Assembly (NCBI GenBank): GCA_965205865.1
Contig: CBDBHR010000030.1
Location: forward strand, 736,001-800,000
DNA: 64,000 nucleotides
Source: a bacterium
GTDB lineage: Bacteria > SAR324 > NAC60-12
Reading direction: 5' to 3'
The notes under the pieces are model-generated. The model made no database searches, was not told the DNA's origin, and was given only the letters and a program-made list of their open reading frames with translations. Numbering within the stretch: position 1 is the stretch's first letter; every line of letters starts with the position of its first letter. Shown here piece after piece: positions 45,729-56,506 of this stretch. The position numbers and the translations under genes are program-made.

Positions 45729-47495
45729 CTAGTTCAACTCCTCCTTGAGCTGACTATCGATCCACACGCGAGAGTAGGGCCCGTTCCACTGGCAGTTGCC
45801 GAGCCCCATCTCGCCGTTGTAGCCGACGATCCACGGCTGCGCAACGTTGAACGTTGCAAACTTCACACCCCAGAGGTAACGGTGCTGCTCGATCACGTAC
45901 ATGTCGAGCGCCTTCGCCAGCCGTCGGTACTCGTCGCCAGTCGCAGCCTGTAACTCCTCCCACTTGGCCTCGAACACCGGATCGGTGAAGATGCCGCCGG
46001 TGTCGACGGAGACCGCGCGAAACCTGCCGAGACTTTGAGTGAGGTTCCCGTAGTCGGCGCCGGCGGACCAGAAGTCGATTAATCCGTCGAAATCTGACGC
46101 ATTCGCCCGTCCGGTGAACGTGGGGGTGTCGAGCGTCTCGATCTCGACTTCCACGCCGATCTTCTTCCAGTAGCCGGCGACGAGCTCCATGTAGCCGACA
46201 TCGGCCAGTTCGCTGTTAGTCATGATCGAGGTCCGGAAGCGGACACCGTCCGCCCCGCGTGGGTATCCGGCCTCATCGAGCAGTCGCTCGGCACCCGCCG
46301 GGTCGTAGGACCAGAACTTCTTGAGCTCCTCGGGCCAGGTATCGAAGGGGTTGTTGAAGCCGGTCACGTCCGTCCCGATCGGCCCCATCGGCTGCCACTT
46401 TCCGTAGCCGTAAAAGTAGTTGTCACTGATGGTCTTCAGGTCGATCGCCATCTGCAGGGCGTGGCGCACCCTGATCTCGCTGAGGGGCGGCTCTTCCGTT
46501 TTGATGCCCAGGCACGTCTCGCAGCGGAACCCGATCGGGAAGAGCTGCATGCCCGGGACATCTTTCTTGAGCTGCACCGCGTTGTCGATCGTCTTGATCC
46601 GCGAGACACCCGTCTCCCCGCTGATATCGATTTGGCCCGACCGCAGTGCCGCAAGTCTGGTCGCCTCGTCGCTCATCATCAGCAGCACGAGCTTGTCGGC
46701 GTAGGGCAGGCGGTTCCCCGGGAACTTCTCGTCGTCCTTCCAGTAGTTGGGGTTCCTGTCAAACGTGATCGAGGTGCTGCTGACGAACTCGTCCACCATG
46801 AAGGGCCCGGTGCCGATCACGTTGTTGGCGTCGGCGATCAGGTCGAAGGTCTCGGGCGCATATACCTTGTCTCCGCAGTCGTCCAACAGCGCCGCGAGCG
46901 TGCCCTGGTGCGGCTGCGACAGCTTGATCTCGAAGGTCAGCTTGTCGGTGGCCGTCACCGACTCGAAGGGGAGAGTCAGTCCCCACGGCGCGGGCTCTTC
47001 ACCGGCAAACCTGCCGATGCCGTACCGTCGATCGTAGTTCGCGGCCAAGTCGTCGGCGGTCAGCTGGCGACCGGATACCGGCGGCTTGTCGTGAAAGAAC
47101 ACGTTGTCGCGGATCTTAAACACCCACGTCAAAGGATCCGGGTTCTCCCAGCTCTCCGCCAGGTGCCCCACCAGGGCGCTCTCGGGATAGTAGACCACTA
47201 AGGAGTTGACAGTGCGGTCGATTGTCCAGTCCGCCAGGCCTAACCTGTCCAGCGCCGATCCCATGAAAAGCCCCCCTCCGCCAAAGACCCACATGTCGCC
47301 GTGCTCAATCGCGAGTGTTATCAGCGCAGCGGTAATGGTCCCGCCGTATTCCGGCTTCAGCACCTGCTTGCCGGTTGCGGGGTCTTTGACCATCTCTTTG
47401 GCAGTCACTGCTGCCGAACTGACCCAGAATGCGGCCACCATCAGGGTGAAGGTTAACAATATTGATTGAATTATTCCGTTTTTTCCAGTTTTCAT
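45729..47495 (-). CDS. ABC substrate-binding protein family 5, cassette 4
   Basis: LAESWENPDP, GTGPF, RNPNYW, LLDEAGYP. Start at 47495 (RBS) or 47648. Confidence 0.92.
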   Translation of the reverse strand: MKTGKNGIIQSILLTFTLMVAAFWVSSAAVTAKEMVKDPATGKQVLKPEYGGTITAALITLAIEHGDMWVFGGGGLFMGSALDRLGLADWTIDRTVNSLVVYYPESALVGHLAESWENPDPLTWVFKIRDNVFFHDKPPVSGRQLTADDLAANYDRRYGIGRFAGEEPAPWGLTLPFESVTATDKLTFEIKLSQPHQGTLAALLDDCGDKVYAPETFDLIADANNVIGTGPFMVDEFVSSTSITFDRNPNYWKDDEKFPGNRLPYADKLVLLMMSDEATRLAALRSGQIDISGETGVSRIKTIDNAVQLKKDVPGMQLFPIGFRCETCLGIKTEEPPLSEIRVRHALQMAIDLKTISDNYFYGYGKWQPMGPIGTDVTGFNNPFDTWPEELKKFWSYDPAGAERLLDEAGYPRGADGVRFRTSIMTNSELADVGYMELVAGYWKKIGVEVEIETLDTPTFTGRANASDFDGLIDFWSAGADYGNLTQSLGRFRAVSVDTGGIFTDPVFEAKWEELQAATGDEYRRLAKALDMYVIEQHRYLWGVKFATFNVAQPWIVGYNGEMGLGNCQWNGPYSRVWIDSQLKEELN

Positions 47496-47674
47496 ATTTC
47501 CTCTTACAATTGAGGTAAAATAAAAAGATTCGCCACAGCATGGGACGAATCGGATCCCCGCTTTCGCGAGGACAAGTTTTTGAACGGCAGACACAGCGCC
47601 TGCCACGGTCAGCCCAACGAAGCGGGCCAGAAATTTCTTAAGATACATTGGAACCTCTTCTTACATAATTGAGT

Positions 47675-48448
47675 GTAACTATTCAGGTCTCTGAAAAACC
47701 CGTTTAGTTAAATATCATTAAAAAAGATTCCCGGGGAGGATCGATCGTTTTCAATTCCTCTCACGAAATTGTTCAATCGATCGGGAACCCTCTCCTTCAC
47801 TAAAACAACTTAGCGAAGGCATGATCCTGGCACAACAACAACAACCCAATGTCAACCCCCCAAGGCAAAATAAATGAGGGATTCGCAAAAAAAAAACAAA
47901 AAATCAATAAATCTGCTCAAATCCGGGGACAGTCAGAAGCCGTTCAGTTCAATAACGTTGAAAAAAGATTCCCGGGAAGGATCCATCGTTTTCACATCCT
48001 CCCGGGGTATTGTTCAATCGATCGAGCGGGAATCCTCCCACAGCTAATTTTGAATCAAACGAGCGGAAGTCCTCTCCTTCCCTGAAACGACAAGGCATGA
48101 TTTCAGCACTACTACGCGGCGCAAAGCCTATAGCAAGTTTGGATCAGGAGAATTGCGCAACAAAGGAGGTCAGCTATAAAAAGATATATTGTGGTCCATC
48201 TTCGGCATGAGCCAAAAAGCGAATGTTCGCTCCACAATCCAGCGTTTTTTCCAACGGTGATAATGATCGTAAACGCTTTGCCAGGGAGGTAAATCATGGG
48301 CAAGCATGCTTCACTGACAACCCGTTTTCAGGACATACAAAATCGCATTGACGATGCTATGTTTGCTATGAATACTTTTGGCCACGCAGGGGGCGGAACG
48401 TTTAAAAAAAGGAGAGTTTCAGTAACAAAGAGGAGCATGTGAAACCTG
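47675..48448 (-). promoter_or_regulatory. Tandem leader module (copy C) plus deleted IS5 remnant
   Basis: Homologous to 6190-6650 and 41190-41830. Confidence 0.7.
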
Positions 48449-49055
48449 CAGGCGGATATTGACGGGAATCTCGGTCTTGAAAACTTGATCCTTGTAATGT
48501 CCCCGGATCATTGCGACGATTTCCCTGGCAACGTTGGTACGGTAATCAACCAGCGTCAACAACAATCCCTGCAACTCCGCCTTCGTTCCGATCCTTTCAC
48601 GGATCCTGTCGACAGCTTCCAGCAGGTTGACCAGACCTTCCAATGCCAGGTATTGCGGAACAAGAGGGACAATGAAGGCATCAGCTGCCACCAACGCATT
48701 GATTGACAACAGGGACAGCGACGGGGGACAGTCCACCACCATGTAGTCATATTCCTGAATGATAATCCGCACTGCATGCTCCAAACGATTCTCATGTCCC
48801 TGAACGTCGGCAAGTACCAGGTCGGCATTGGCCAACTCCATCGAACCGCTTAGTAAGTCCAGGTTTGCGATGCCGGTTTGCCGGATGACCTGATCAATAG
48901 GATCCCTTCCAGAAGAACGTCGGCAGCGGAAGGTTTCAGGTCGCCCCTCGCAACCCCCAGGGACAACGACGCGGATCCCTGACTGTCCAGATCAATCAAC
49001 AGAACCCGGTATCCCCTCCTCGCCAGTTCAGCGGAAAGATTGACGGAGGTGGATG
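48419..49055 (-). pseudogene. ParA/Soj family ATPase remnant
   Basis: TSVNLSAELARRGYRVLLIDLDSQG, DCPPSL, LALEGL; Walker A and C-terminus missing, frameshifted. Confidence 0.85.
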
Positions 49056-49059
49056 AATG

Positions 49060-49230
49060 GAGATGTTACCGGAGAGCTCGTAAAAGAATCATAGCTTGTC
49101 CGACAGCTCATCAAGTCGGGAAAAGGGACGCAGGTCCTTGACCCCTTTTCAGGCATTGGTACAACAACTCTGACAGCAATGGGTATGGGGCTGCAGGGAA
49201 CAGGCATAGAGATTTTACCCTTGGGCAATG
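49060..49230 (+). pseudogene. DNA methyltransferase fragment
   Basis: VLDPFSGIGTTTLTAMGMGLQGTGIEI (motif I). Confidence 0.7.
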
Positions 49231-49263
49231 CGGTCGCGGGGCGCCCATTGGCAAGTGAGTTTC

Positions 49264-50551
49264 TTACCCCGGAATGTTATCGACTTCGAGCCATAGCTCT
49301 TCGACTCCACGCAGTACCAAGCGATCTTGAAACTTCGGTTCATGAAGGATTTGAATAGAGGAAAAACGATCGAGAATTCTGGAAAATGCAACGCGGGCTT
49401 CAAGAATAGCTAGTGGCGCCCCCAGGCAATAATGAATACCACGCCCGAAGGAGACGGGGCTTTGTCCTTGTCGTCTGATGTCGAACACACTTGGGGATGT
49501 GAATACTGTGGGGTCATGATTTGCCGCACCAAGCAGGCAGAGAACGCGCTGAGAGAACGCGCTGGCCGGCTTTGATTTTTTTGTCACCTATAGATACGTC
49601 TTGGAGGGCTTCCCGGCTGTCTAACTGTACAGGGCTGTCATACCTGAGCATCTCATTTATCGCGGAGATCATAAGGTCAGGGTGATCGCGCAGCCGTTGG
49701 AGTTGTATTGGGTGTTTGAGCAGCGCGAGCATTCCGTTGCCTATAAGATTGCGTGTGGTTTCGTGACCTGCGACGAGGAGTAGAAGTAATGTGTCGATCA
49801 GTTCCCGATGAGTAAGGCGATCTCCCTGATCTTCAGCGGCGATCAGCGCACTTGTCATGTCGTCACCGGGATCAAGCCGGCGACGTTCTACCAGATCCTC
49901 AAAATAATCCTCGAGATTATTCCTGGCTTCGGCGATCTTGCGGCTTTGTCGATCGTTCAGTATTGGCTCGATGCTGAATGCTATATCATTAGACCACTCT
50001 CTAAACTTATTGACATCCTCGGACGGGACGCCGAGCATCTCGGCGATCACTGTGACTGGCAGTATATAGGCGAATTCGGTGATAAAGTCGAAGCGGTCAT
50101 AATCACTGATGGAATCAAGCAGGTCATCTACAATCCAATGGATTTTCGGCTCCAGAGCAGCGACTGAATGCGGGGTAAATGCTTTGGAGACCAATGATCT
50201 CAGCCGCGTGTGATCCGGAGGGTCGACGAACAACATACTCTTATAATCGATCTGTGGATTCCAATTCTCGCGCCCGAATATTCTATGCTCTCTGAGAACA
50301 TGATTCACATCTTCATAACGAGTGAGTACCCATCCATTGATCATCCTTAGCCGGTGAACAGGGTCTTTTATGCGAATCTGCTCGTACATGTCATATGGAT
50401 ACGCCTTAATCTCTTTCGAGAGCATATTGTAGCTGACTCCGGACTCTAATTGTTCCCAAGTGAGTAGTGCGTGGAGAGCCACAAATTGAACTATATTTTG
50501 TATGGTTTGGGGAATAATACTATAACGCTGATTTGAAGACGTAACGTCCAT
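49264..50551 (-). pseudogene. Cytochrome P450, frameshifted by a 13-bp duplication near 49540-49565
   Basis: DPPDHTRLR, AGHETT, EMLRYDSP, and in the second frame FGRGIHYCLG. Confidence 0.9.
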
Positions 50552-50699
50552 AACATAGAAAGGAATACAAAGAGATTACAGGCATCACGCCGGTTGGTAT
50601 GCCGGATGCGTCAATTATAAGGGTATTCATCATCAAACTTCATCCTTCGATTGTAATCACGGAGTGATGTGATTACGATCGTCCGTTATTGCGACAACT

Positions 50700-50880
50700 C
50701 ACAGCTAAGCCAGACACTTTTTTGCTTTTCACCTCTTCGCTTGCGCCGCTTTGCGGGCAATGGCGCTTCGCTGCCCGGCAGTCAATTCCCCCACGCTGGG
50801 CATAGTCTACGTCTTTTCCAAAAGCATTTTGTACCACAGTCGGATAAGATGTAAAAGCGTCGGAAGTCAATTGAATACGA
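50700..50880 (-). mobile_element. IS1-like transposase fragment
   Basis: QLTSDAFTSYPTVVQNAFGKDVDYAQ. Confidence 0.6.
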
Positions 50881-50913
50881 TTTCATCAGGAACACGAGAC
50901 AGATAAATTTTCT

Positions 50914-51225
50914 TCATTTGACGCAAGGCCACAATGATTGCGCTTCGATCCAACCTTTTCGACTCAATACCCACATCCCGCGACTTGCGTCAGTTCGGAA
51001 CAATCCTCGTTTTTTCATTCGAGTGTAAGCCTCGCGCGCCATGTTCTCACAACGGCGTTGACCGGATTCATTTTTCTCCAAATCCCCCGATTTTAAAATC
51101 CCGTCGGCCGTCATCAAACACAGCATTTCATTGACGACTTGAGATGTCTCGCCATGCCCGCCTAATGCGCGCATCGCTTTGAGGGGAGCTACCCCGCAAG
51201 TTAGGATTTGGATTCTTGTATTCAT
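50914..51225 (-). CDS. Mrr N-terminal-like winged-helix protein
   Basis: LKAMRALGG.G, SGQRRCEN, RGMWVLS pattern. Confidence 0.6.
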   Translation of the reverse strand: MNTRIQILTCGVAPLKAMRALGGHGETSQVVNEMLCLMTADGILKSGDLEKNESGQRRCENMAREAYTRMKKRGLFRTDASRGMWVLSRKGWIEAQSLWPCVK

Positions 51226-51644
51226 CGGATAACCCGACAAATGTCCAAGTACTGTTTGCAAAAAGGCAATATAGATAAAATCTGAATGAAACGCAAAAAT
51301 GAAAGCCAGGGCGATACTCCCTGAAGCGCTGGAATTGGAAATGAAGGCCTCTGTCTCGAACTGGTGCGAAAAGTGCTGGGCGGTGGCTGGAGGTTACAAT
51401 GGACGGATGTTTGCCAGTTTTGACTCAAAAAGGGCCTTTGGATGCGAATCCGGAAAATTCAGATACTCTCAATTCGACCGTGGTGCCAAGTTTTCAGGTA
51501 GGTCAATAAGGTAGGGTAGGGAATTGGAGGTACACCGGCCACTCCGGCCATTGTTTCAATCTGTCGACCGGATGATATTTTTATAAAAGTATCATATAAT
51601 TTCTAAATGCGCCTTTCGACTTGCGCTATCATTGACAGGAATGA

Positions 51645-52425
51645 ATGAAAATGAAAAATACGAATCGAGTCTTGAAAATCATAGCCTTTTTGCTCTCCTT
51701 CGGGCTCATTGCCTGTACAATCTCCATCAAACTACTGCCACCGGATGAAGTCAACCAGATGGGAGCCCAAACATTCAGTGAGATAAAACGGGAGGCTCAC
51801 CGGGAAACAGACACCCGCGAAAACGCCTATGTCCAGTGTGTCGCGAAACGGATTCTAAAGCATTCCGGGGAAAATTCCGCAATCGATCAATGGGAAGTCG
51901 TCCTGTTCCGGGACCCGGCTGTTAACGCCTTTGCGCTCCCGGGAGGAAAAATCGGCATCTACACCGGACTACTGAATATGGTCGCAAATCAGCACCAGTT
52001 GGCGGCGGTGCTCGGGCATGAGGTCGGACACGTCATCCTGGAACACGGTAATTAAAAAATCTCTCAGGACCTCCTGGTTAAAGGAGGGTTGGCGGCTATT
52101 GAGCGCCTTATCAAAGACAAGGACCCGCAGGAAAAAAAGAGATCCTGGCTGGTTTGGGGCTTGGCGCGCAGATCGGTCTCGCGCTTCTTTACAGTCGCCA
52201 TCATGGATTCGAAGCAGACCAGGTTGGACTTGACCTGATGGCAAAAGCAGGATTTGATCCCCGGGAAAACCTTACGTTTTGGGAAAATATGAATCAGAGT
52301 GGCGGTCAGCCACCTGAATTCCTCTCCACTCATCCTTCCGATGAAAATCGAATCAAGGATCTGAAATCGAGAATGACGGACGCCTTGAAGCTTTACGAGC
52401 AAGCGGAAAAAGCGGATTGTGGCAA
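51645..52425 (+). pseudogene. M48 family metallopeptidase (broken near 52053)
   Basis: NAFALPGG, HEVGH, EADQVG, FLSTHP. Confidence 0.88.
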
Positions 52426-52429
52426 CGTT

Positions 52430-53835
52430 CGACTAACACTCGGAGAATGGAGTTTTTGGACCTATGAAGACGGCAGTCGTTACAAAGACCCGGTGCATGT
52501 GTGGAAGTTTCTTGATCGGAACCTGGGAGATCCTGAAGACGACTGTCAACATTCTATTGGTAGTCGGATCGGGAAAATTAATAAATAACCCCGATATCTA
52601 CGTCTTCAGGAAGTCGGACAAGTTCGTAGTAGCGTGAGCAGCCGACAAGGCTGTGGATTTTGGAGAGTGAAAGTCTCTCTGTCGTCAGTTTCCCATTCGG
52701 GCGACTAGCATATCCGGTGCGCTTAGCAGGTAACTGCTTTGCGTTCTGCCCGGAAGTAAAAGTCACCGTCTGCTTTGGACGAGAGTCCATAGTGGGAGCC
52801 AACAGGGTGGCGAGCAAACCTGGAGGCCTGAACATTAGTGAATGATTGCAGCTCCGAAAGAGACTTCCGTCGTGAATTGGCTTGACGGTGTGTTGCCCAA
52901 CCGCCGACCCGCTCGCTACTCGGGGAAGGCCGAAGTTCCAAGGGAAGTAATGGGAACAGGCACCTTGGAGGGAGCCGGAGTATGGATCCAAGCATCCAGG
53001 GAAAGATCCACAGAGATAACGTCGGGAAGGGCCAACTTCCAGCAGGGACTCGCAATAACCTGCAAGGACCTACCGTATAGGGTAACACCGAAATCGGCAG
53101 GAGGATTTTGGTCTGGCGCATGAGTCCGTATGAGCGATGAAGACCGGGTAACGCTGGTCGAGGGGATGCTTGGACATCTCCCTTTTGGAGGTAACACCTC
53201 TAAAAGGCAAAGGGGCTCTCGGTAAATGGCGGGCATTTCATGAACCACTGCCGAACTTGTGTCGGTCAAGAGTGTCACCACAAAGAATGTCGAGCTGGAG
53301 ATCAAATCACTCACTCCAGGGGTGAATGCAGGCGAGTGCTTAAGCTTCGGATTGGGTGGGAAGGGTTTCTGGGGAAACGCTGTTGCTGCCAACCGGACTC
53401 GGGAAATCCGACCGTCCGGGATGAGAGGGGGGGCTTGCGGAAACGTGATGCAGGGTCTGACGCCCTTTTGCCACGAAACCGGAAACGGGGGATACATTGG
53501 AAGTCGTTGACCTAAACATGCGCGCGCCGTATTTCTACCCGGCATGAAGCGGCGAACAATGAGATCATTTGTAGAGAGTAATAATGCAAAGGAAATCAAC
53601 GGAGCCTGTGGAGCAAAGGGACTTGGCTGAGAGGAATTCTGCTTGCCCTCCTGTGTTCGGAACTCAGAGGCCGGTAAAATCAGAGAGCGGTTTAAGCAGG
53701 GTGCGCCAAACGGCAACGTTTGAGCGTCTGACTCGAAGCAGGAGCCGGATGCGTTAGCAGCGCACGTCCGGATCTGTACCGGAGGAATGACGAAAGGTGG
53801 CTGGAAACCACTATAAGTCAGTTCTTTACGGTGAC
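52430..53835 (+). mobile_element. Outer ORF-less group II intron (5' end uncertain), interrupted by an inner intron
   Basis: GGAACCTGGGAGATCC, GTAGTAGCG|ATGAAG, DV GAGCCGGATGCGTTAGCAGCGCACGTCCGGATC, 3' TTTACGGTGAC. Confidence 0.88.
52635..53543 (+). mobile_element. Inner ORF-less group II intron, 909 nt
   Basis: Absent from the allele at 63285-63705. Variant DV AACCGGACTCGGGAAATCCGACCGTCCGGGAT, long DVI, end TTTCTACCCGGC. Confidence 0.85.
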
Positions 53836-54159
53836 TTTGATTATTTGATTAGGAACGAGTCCAGTTTTTTTGCCCCCTTTTCATTTAATCAAAGGCCTGA
53901 CCCCTTTTTGACCCCCTTTTCAGACCCTTTTTCTGATAGGAGTTTGGCGGTTTTGAAAATATTCTTTCACAGAGAGAACTGACTCTTCAACCTTTTTAAA
54001 GAGTTTAAGAATTTCTGCTTGTTTTTCTTTTTCTTTTTTGATAGTTCTCAACGAAATCGCCTTTGGCTTAAGGTTTTATTTCACCTGGCATACGGCGATA
54101 ATATCGAGAAATTAAGAAAAATGACACTTAAATTTCGCTAATATTTTAGCCGAAAGTCA

Positions 54160-54583
54160 TGCATTAGGGGCTTGACGCTGCGTAGTAATGCTAAAATCAT
54201 GCCTTTACTAAGTTGTTTTAGTGAAGGAGAGGGTTCCCGCTCGATCGATTGAACAATATCGTGGGAGGACTTAAAACCATGGATCCTCCCTGGGAATTGT
54301 GTTCAACGATATTTAACTAAACCGCTTCTAACTGTCCCCGGATTTGAGCAGATTTATTGATTTTTTTTTTTGCGAATCCTGCATTTTTTGCATTTGGGGC
54401 TAGACATTGCGTATTAGTTGTGTTAGACTCATGCCTTCGCTAAGTTGTTTTAGCGAAGGAGAGGGTTCCCGCTCGATCGATTGAACAATATCGTGGGAGG
54501 ACTTGAAAACGATCGATCCTCCCCGGGAATCTTTTTTAAATGATATTTAATTAAACAGGTTTTTCAGAGACCTGAATAGTTAC
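54160..54583 (+). promoter_or_regulatory. Tandem leader module (copy D) upstream of SBP
   Basis: TAGACA-17-TAGACT, hairpin CCTTCGCTAA/TTAGCGAAGG, multi-stem region, U-tract, end CCTGAATAGTTAC. Confidence 0.72.
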
Positions 54584-54608
54584 AACTAAAGAATATAAGG
54601 AGAATAAA

Positions 54609-56426
54609 ATGAAACTCTTAGCAAGTATAGAAACCTTAATAAAAACCTTCGCGGCTGGGCTGATCTTAATCTTCGTGGCCACAGCATCGTGGGCAGGCGA
54701 AATGGTGGACGTCAAGCTCACCAAGCTGGACGGAACCACCATGATAAAAAAGATGGAGAAGCCGCGATATGGTGGCTGGGCCGACGAGAATCCCAGACCC
54801 GAAACGCCTGGCTGGTCGCCGGATGGTCCCATGTTTCAGAATTGGCCTCTGCAAGTCACTCTTGATCGACTGCTGTCCTTTGACTTTTATAGGGGGCCAA
54901 CCGGCACAGATGAATACTCGTTTATCGGAGGCGCCCCCCCTAATGTAGCACTTATAGGAAATGTAGCTGAAAGCTGGGAACAGACCGACTTGACAACCAT
55001 GATCCTCAAAATTCGCAGGGGGGTTCGCCACTGGGATAAGAGCGACGTGGCGCGGCCCCATATGCTGCTGGAGTCGGCCTATGGCCGGGAGCTTGATGCC
55101 TATGATATTGAATACTCCTGGAATAGGATTGTAGCGGCTCCTACTTCTGGCCAGACCGGCCGGCAAGAAAAATATAAGGCCCTTGATAAATGGACGCTTG
55201 AAATAAGTTGGGAAAAACCGGATGGCACTTTGATGCCCGCTAATTTGTCGGGTACGGTCCTCATCCGGCCAGTTGAAGTCACGGACGAGGTGAACAGCGC
55301 TGACTGGCAGAATGCCATAGGCACAGGACCCTTCATCCCGATAGGTTATGTCGAGGGGAGTGTGGCAACCTACAAAAGGAATCCGAACTACTGGCAGCAC
55401 GACCCCTTCTTCCCCGAGAACCAACTTCCCTATCTGGACGGTTTTCGGCATGTAGTCTTAAAGGAAGATGAGGCGATTCTTGCGGCACTGCGGACAGGCA
55501 AGCTTGAACGAGCTCCTGGTCTTGCGGGCATCAACTGGCGTCACGCGGAAAGCCTGGCGAAAAGCAACCCTGAGCTCAAGCACGACGTGTTTTATAGCAG
55601 CATGAGAGTGATGCATGTGCGCGTAGACCTCGAGGATAGTCCCTGGCAAGATATCAGGGTGCGACAGGCAGCCATGCTGGCCGTTCCCCACCAACAAGTA
55701 GTTGACGGATTCTACAAGGGTAATGCCGGTCTTTATGGTTGGCCGGCCTGTCCGGGTCATGCCCCGTTGTATGTCCCCTATGAAGAGTTGCCCACAGAGC
55801 CAACACTACCCGATTCAGGGGCTAGCGCGAAAGAGCTGATCGAATATCATCCGGATAAGGCACGTCGACTTCTCGCCGAGGCCGGCTATCCTGACGGTTT
55901 CGAATTCGAATTGCTTACCCCGCCTGAATTCCAGGAGTGGGCCCAGCTTTATGCCGGCTTCTTTGACGCTGTCGGTCTGCATGCGAAAATCCGGGTTGAA
56001 GAATCCGGTGTCTACTCGTCCATGCTGGTCAAGGGAGAGGCCATGGAAATGGCAGCTAACGATTGGGGTGGCTGTGGGAATGCACTTTTGCCCTTCAACT
56101 ATTATTACCAACCGGGACACCAGTACAACTATTCCCATGTCACCATGGAGCAAGGCTTGGATGTGGTTCTGGATAAGTATGCCGAAATTGCGGAAACCTT
56201 GGACCCAAAGGAGTTCATCAGGAAGTTCCGGGAGCTATTGATCTACACGATAGAAAAAGCCCATGTGATCGGCCTGCCACCGGAGTCGGTACTGCTTTAC
56301 TGGCAACCGTGGCTGAAAGGTTTTAGCGGTGAAGGTAGCGTTGACACTGAGAGTGCTCATTCCATAGTAAAGCATTTCTGGATTGACCAAGACCTACAGC
56401 TTGAGATCACCGGAAGCAACGAGTAA
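54609..56426 (+). CDS. ABC substrate-binding protein family 5, cassette 5
   Basis: Sec signal ending ASWA, VAESW, GTGPF, RNPNYW, DIRVRQA, LLAEAGYPDGF. Confidence 0.92.
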   Translation: MKLLASIETLIKTFAAGLILIFVATASWAGEMVDVKLTKLDGTTMIKKMEKPRYGGWADENPRPETPGWSPDGPMFQNWPLQVTLDRLLSFDFYRGPTGTDEYSFIGGAPPNVALIGNVAESWEQTDLTTMILKIRRGVRHWDKSDVARPHMLLESAYGRELDAYDIEYSWNRIVAAPTSGQTGRQEKYKALDKWTLEISWEKPDGTLMPANLSGTVLIRPVEVTDEVNSADWQNAIGTGPFIPIGYVEGSVATYKRNPNYWQHDPFFPENQLPYLDGFRHVVLKEDEAILAALRTGKLERAPGLAGINWRHAESLAKSNPELKHDVFYSSMRVMHVRVDLEDSPWQDIRVRQAAMLAVPHQQVVDGFYKGNAGLYGWPACPGHAPLYVPYEELPTEPTLPDSGASAKELIEYHPDKARRLLAEAGYPDGFEFELLTPPEFQEWAQLYAGFFDAVGLHAKIRVEESGVYSSMLVKGEAMEMAANDWGGCGNALLPFNYYYQPGHQYNYSHVTMEQGLDVVLDKYAEIAETLDPKEFIRKFRELLIYTIEKAHVIGLPPESVLLYWQPWLKGFSGEGSVDTESAHSIVKHFWIDQDLQLEITGSNE

Positions 56427-56447
56427 GACAGGTTACAGAAAGCAGCA

Positions 56448-56487
56448 CGGGGGCTGGGGGGACTCTCTCCCGCCCCCTTTTTCTTTA
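56448..56487 (+). terminator. GC hairpin plus U-tract between SBP and permease
   Basis: gggggctggggg..ctcccgccccc followed by tttttcttt. Confidence 0.6.
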
Positions 56488-56506
56488 TCATTGTGAGGCC
56501 TCATTA

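Noticed and set aside
54431-54540. ykkC/guanidine-I or glycine riboswitch assignment for the leader
   Set aside because: Only AGGGTTCC/GGAGAG fragments match; the other conserved cores are absent.
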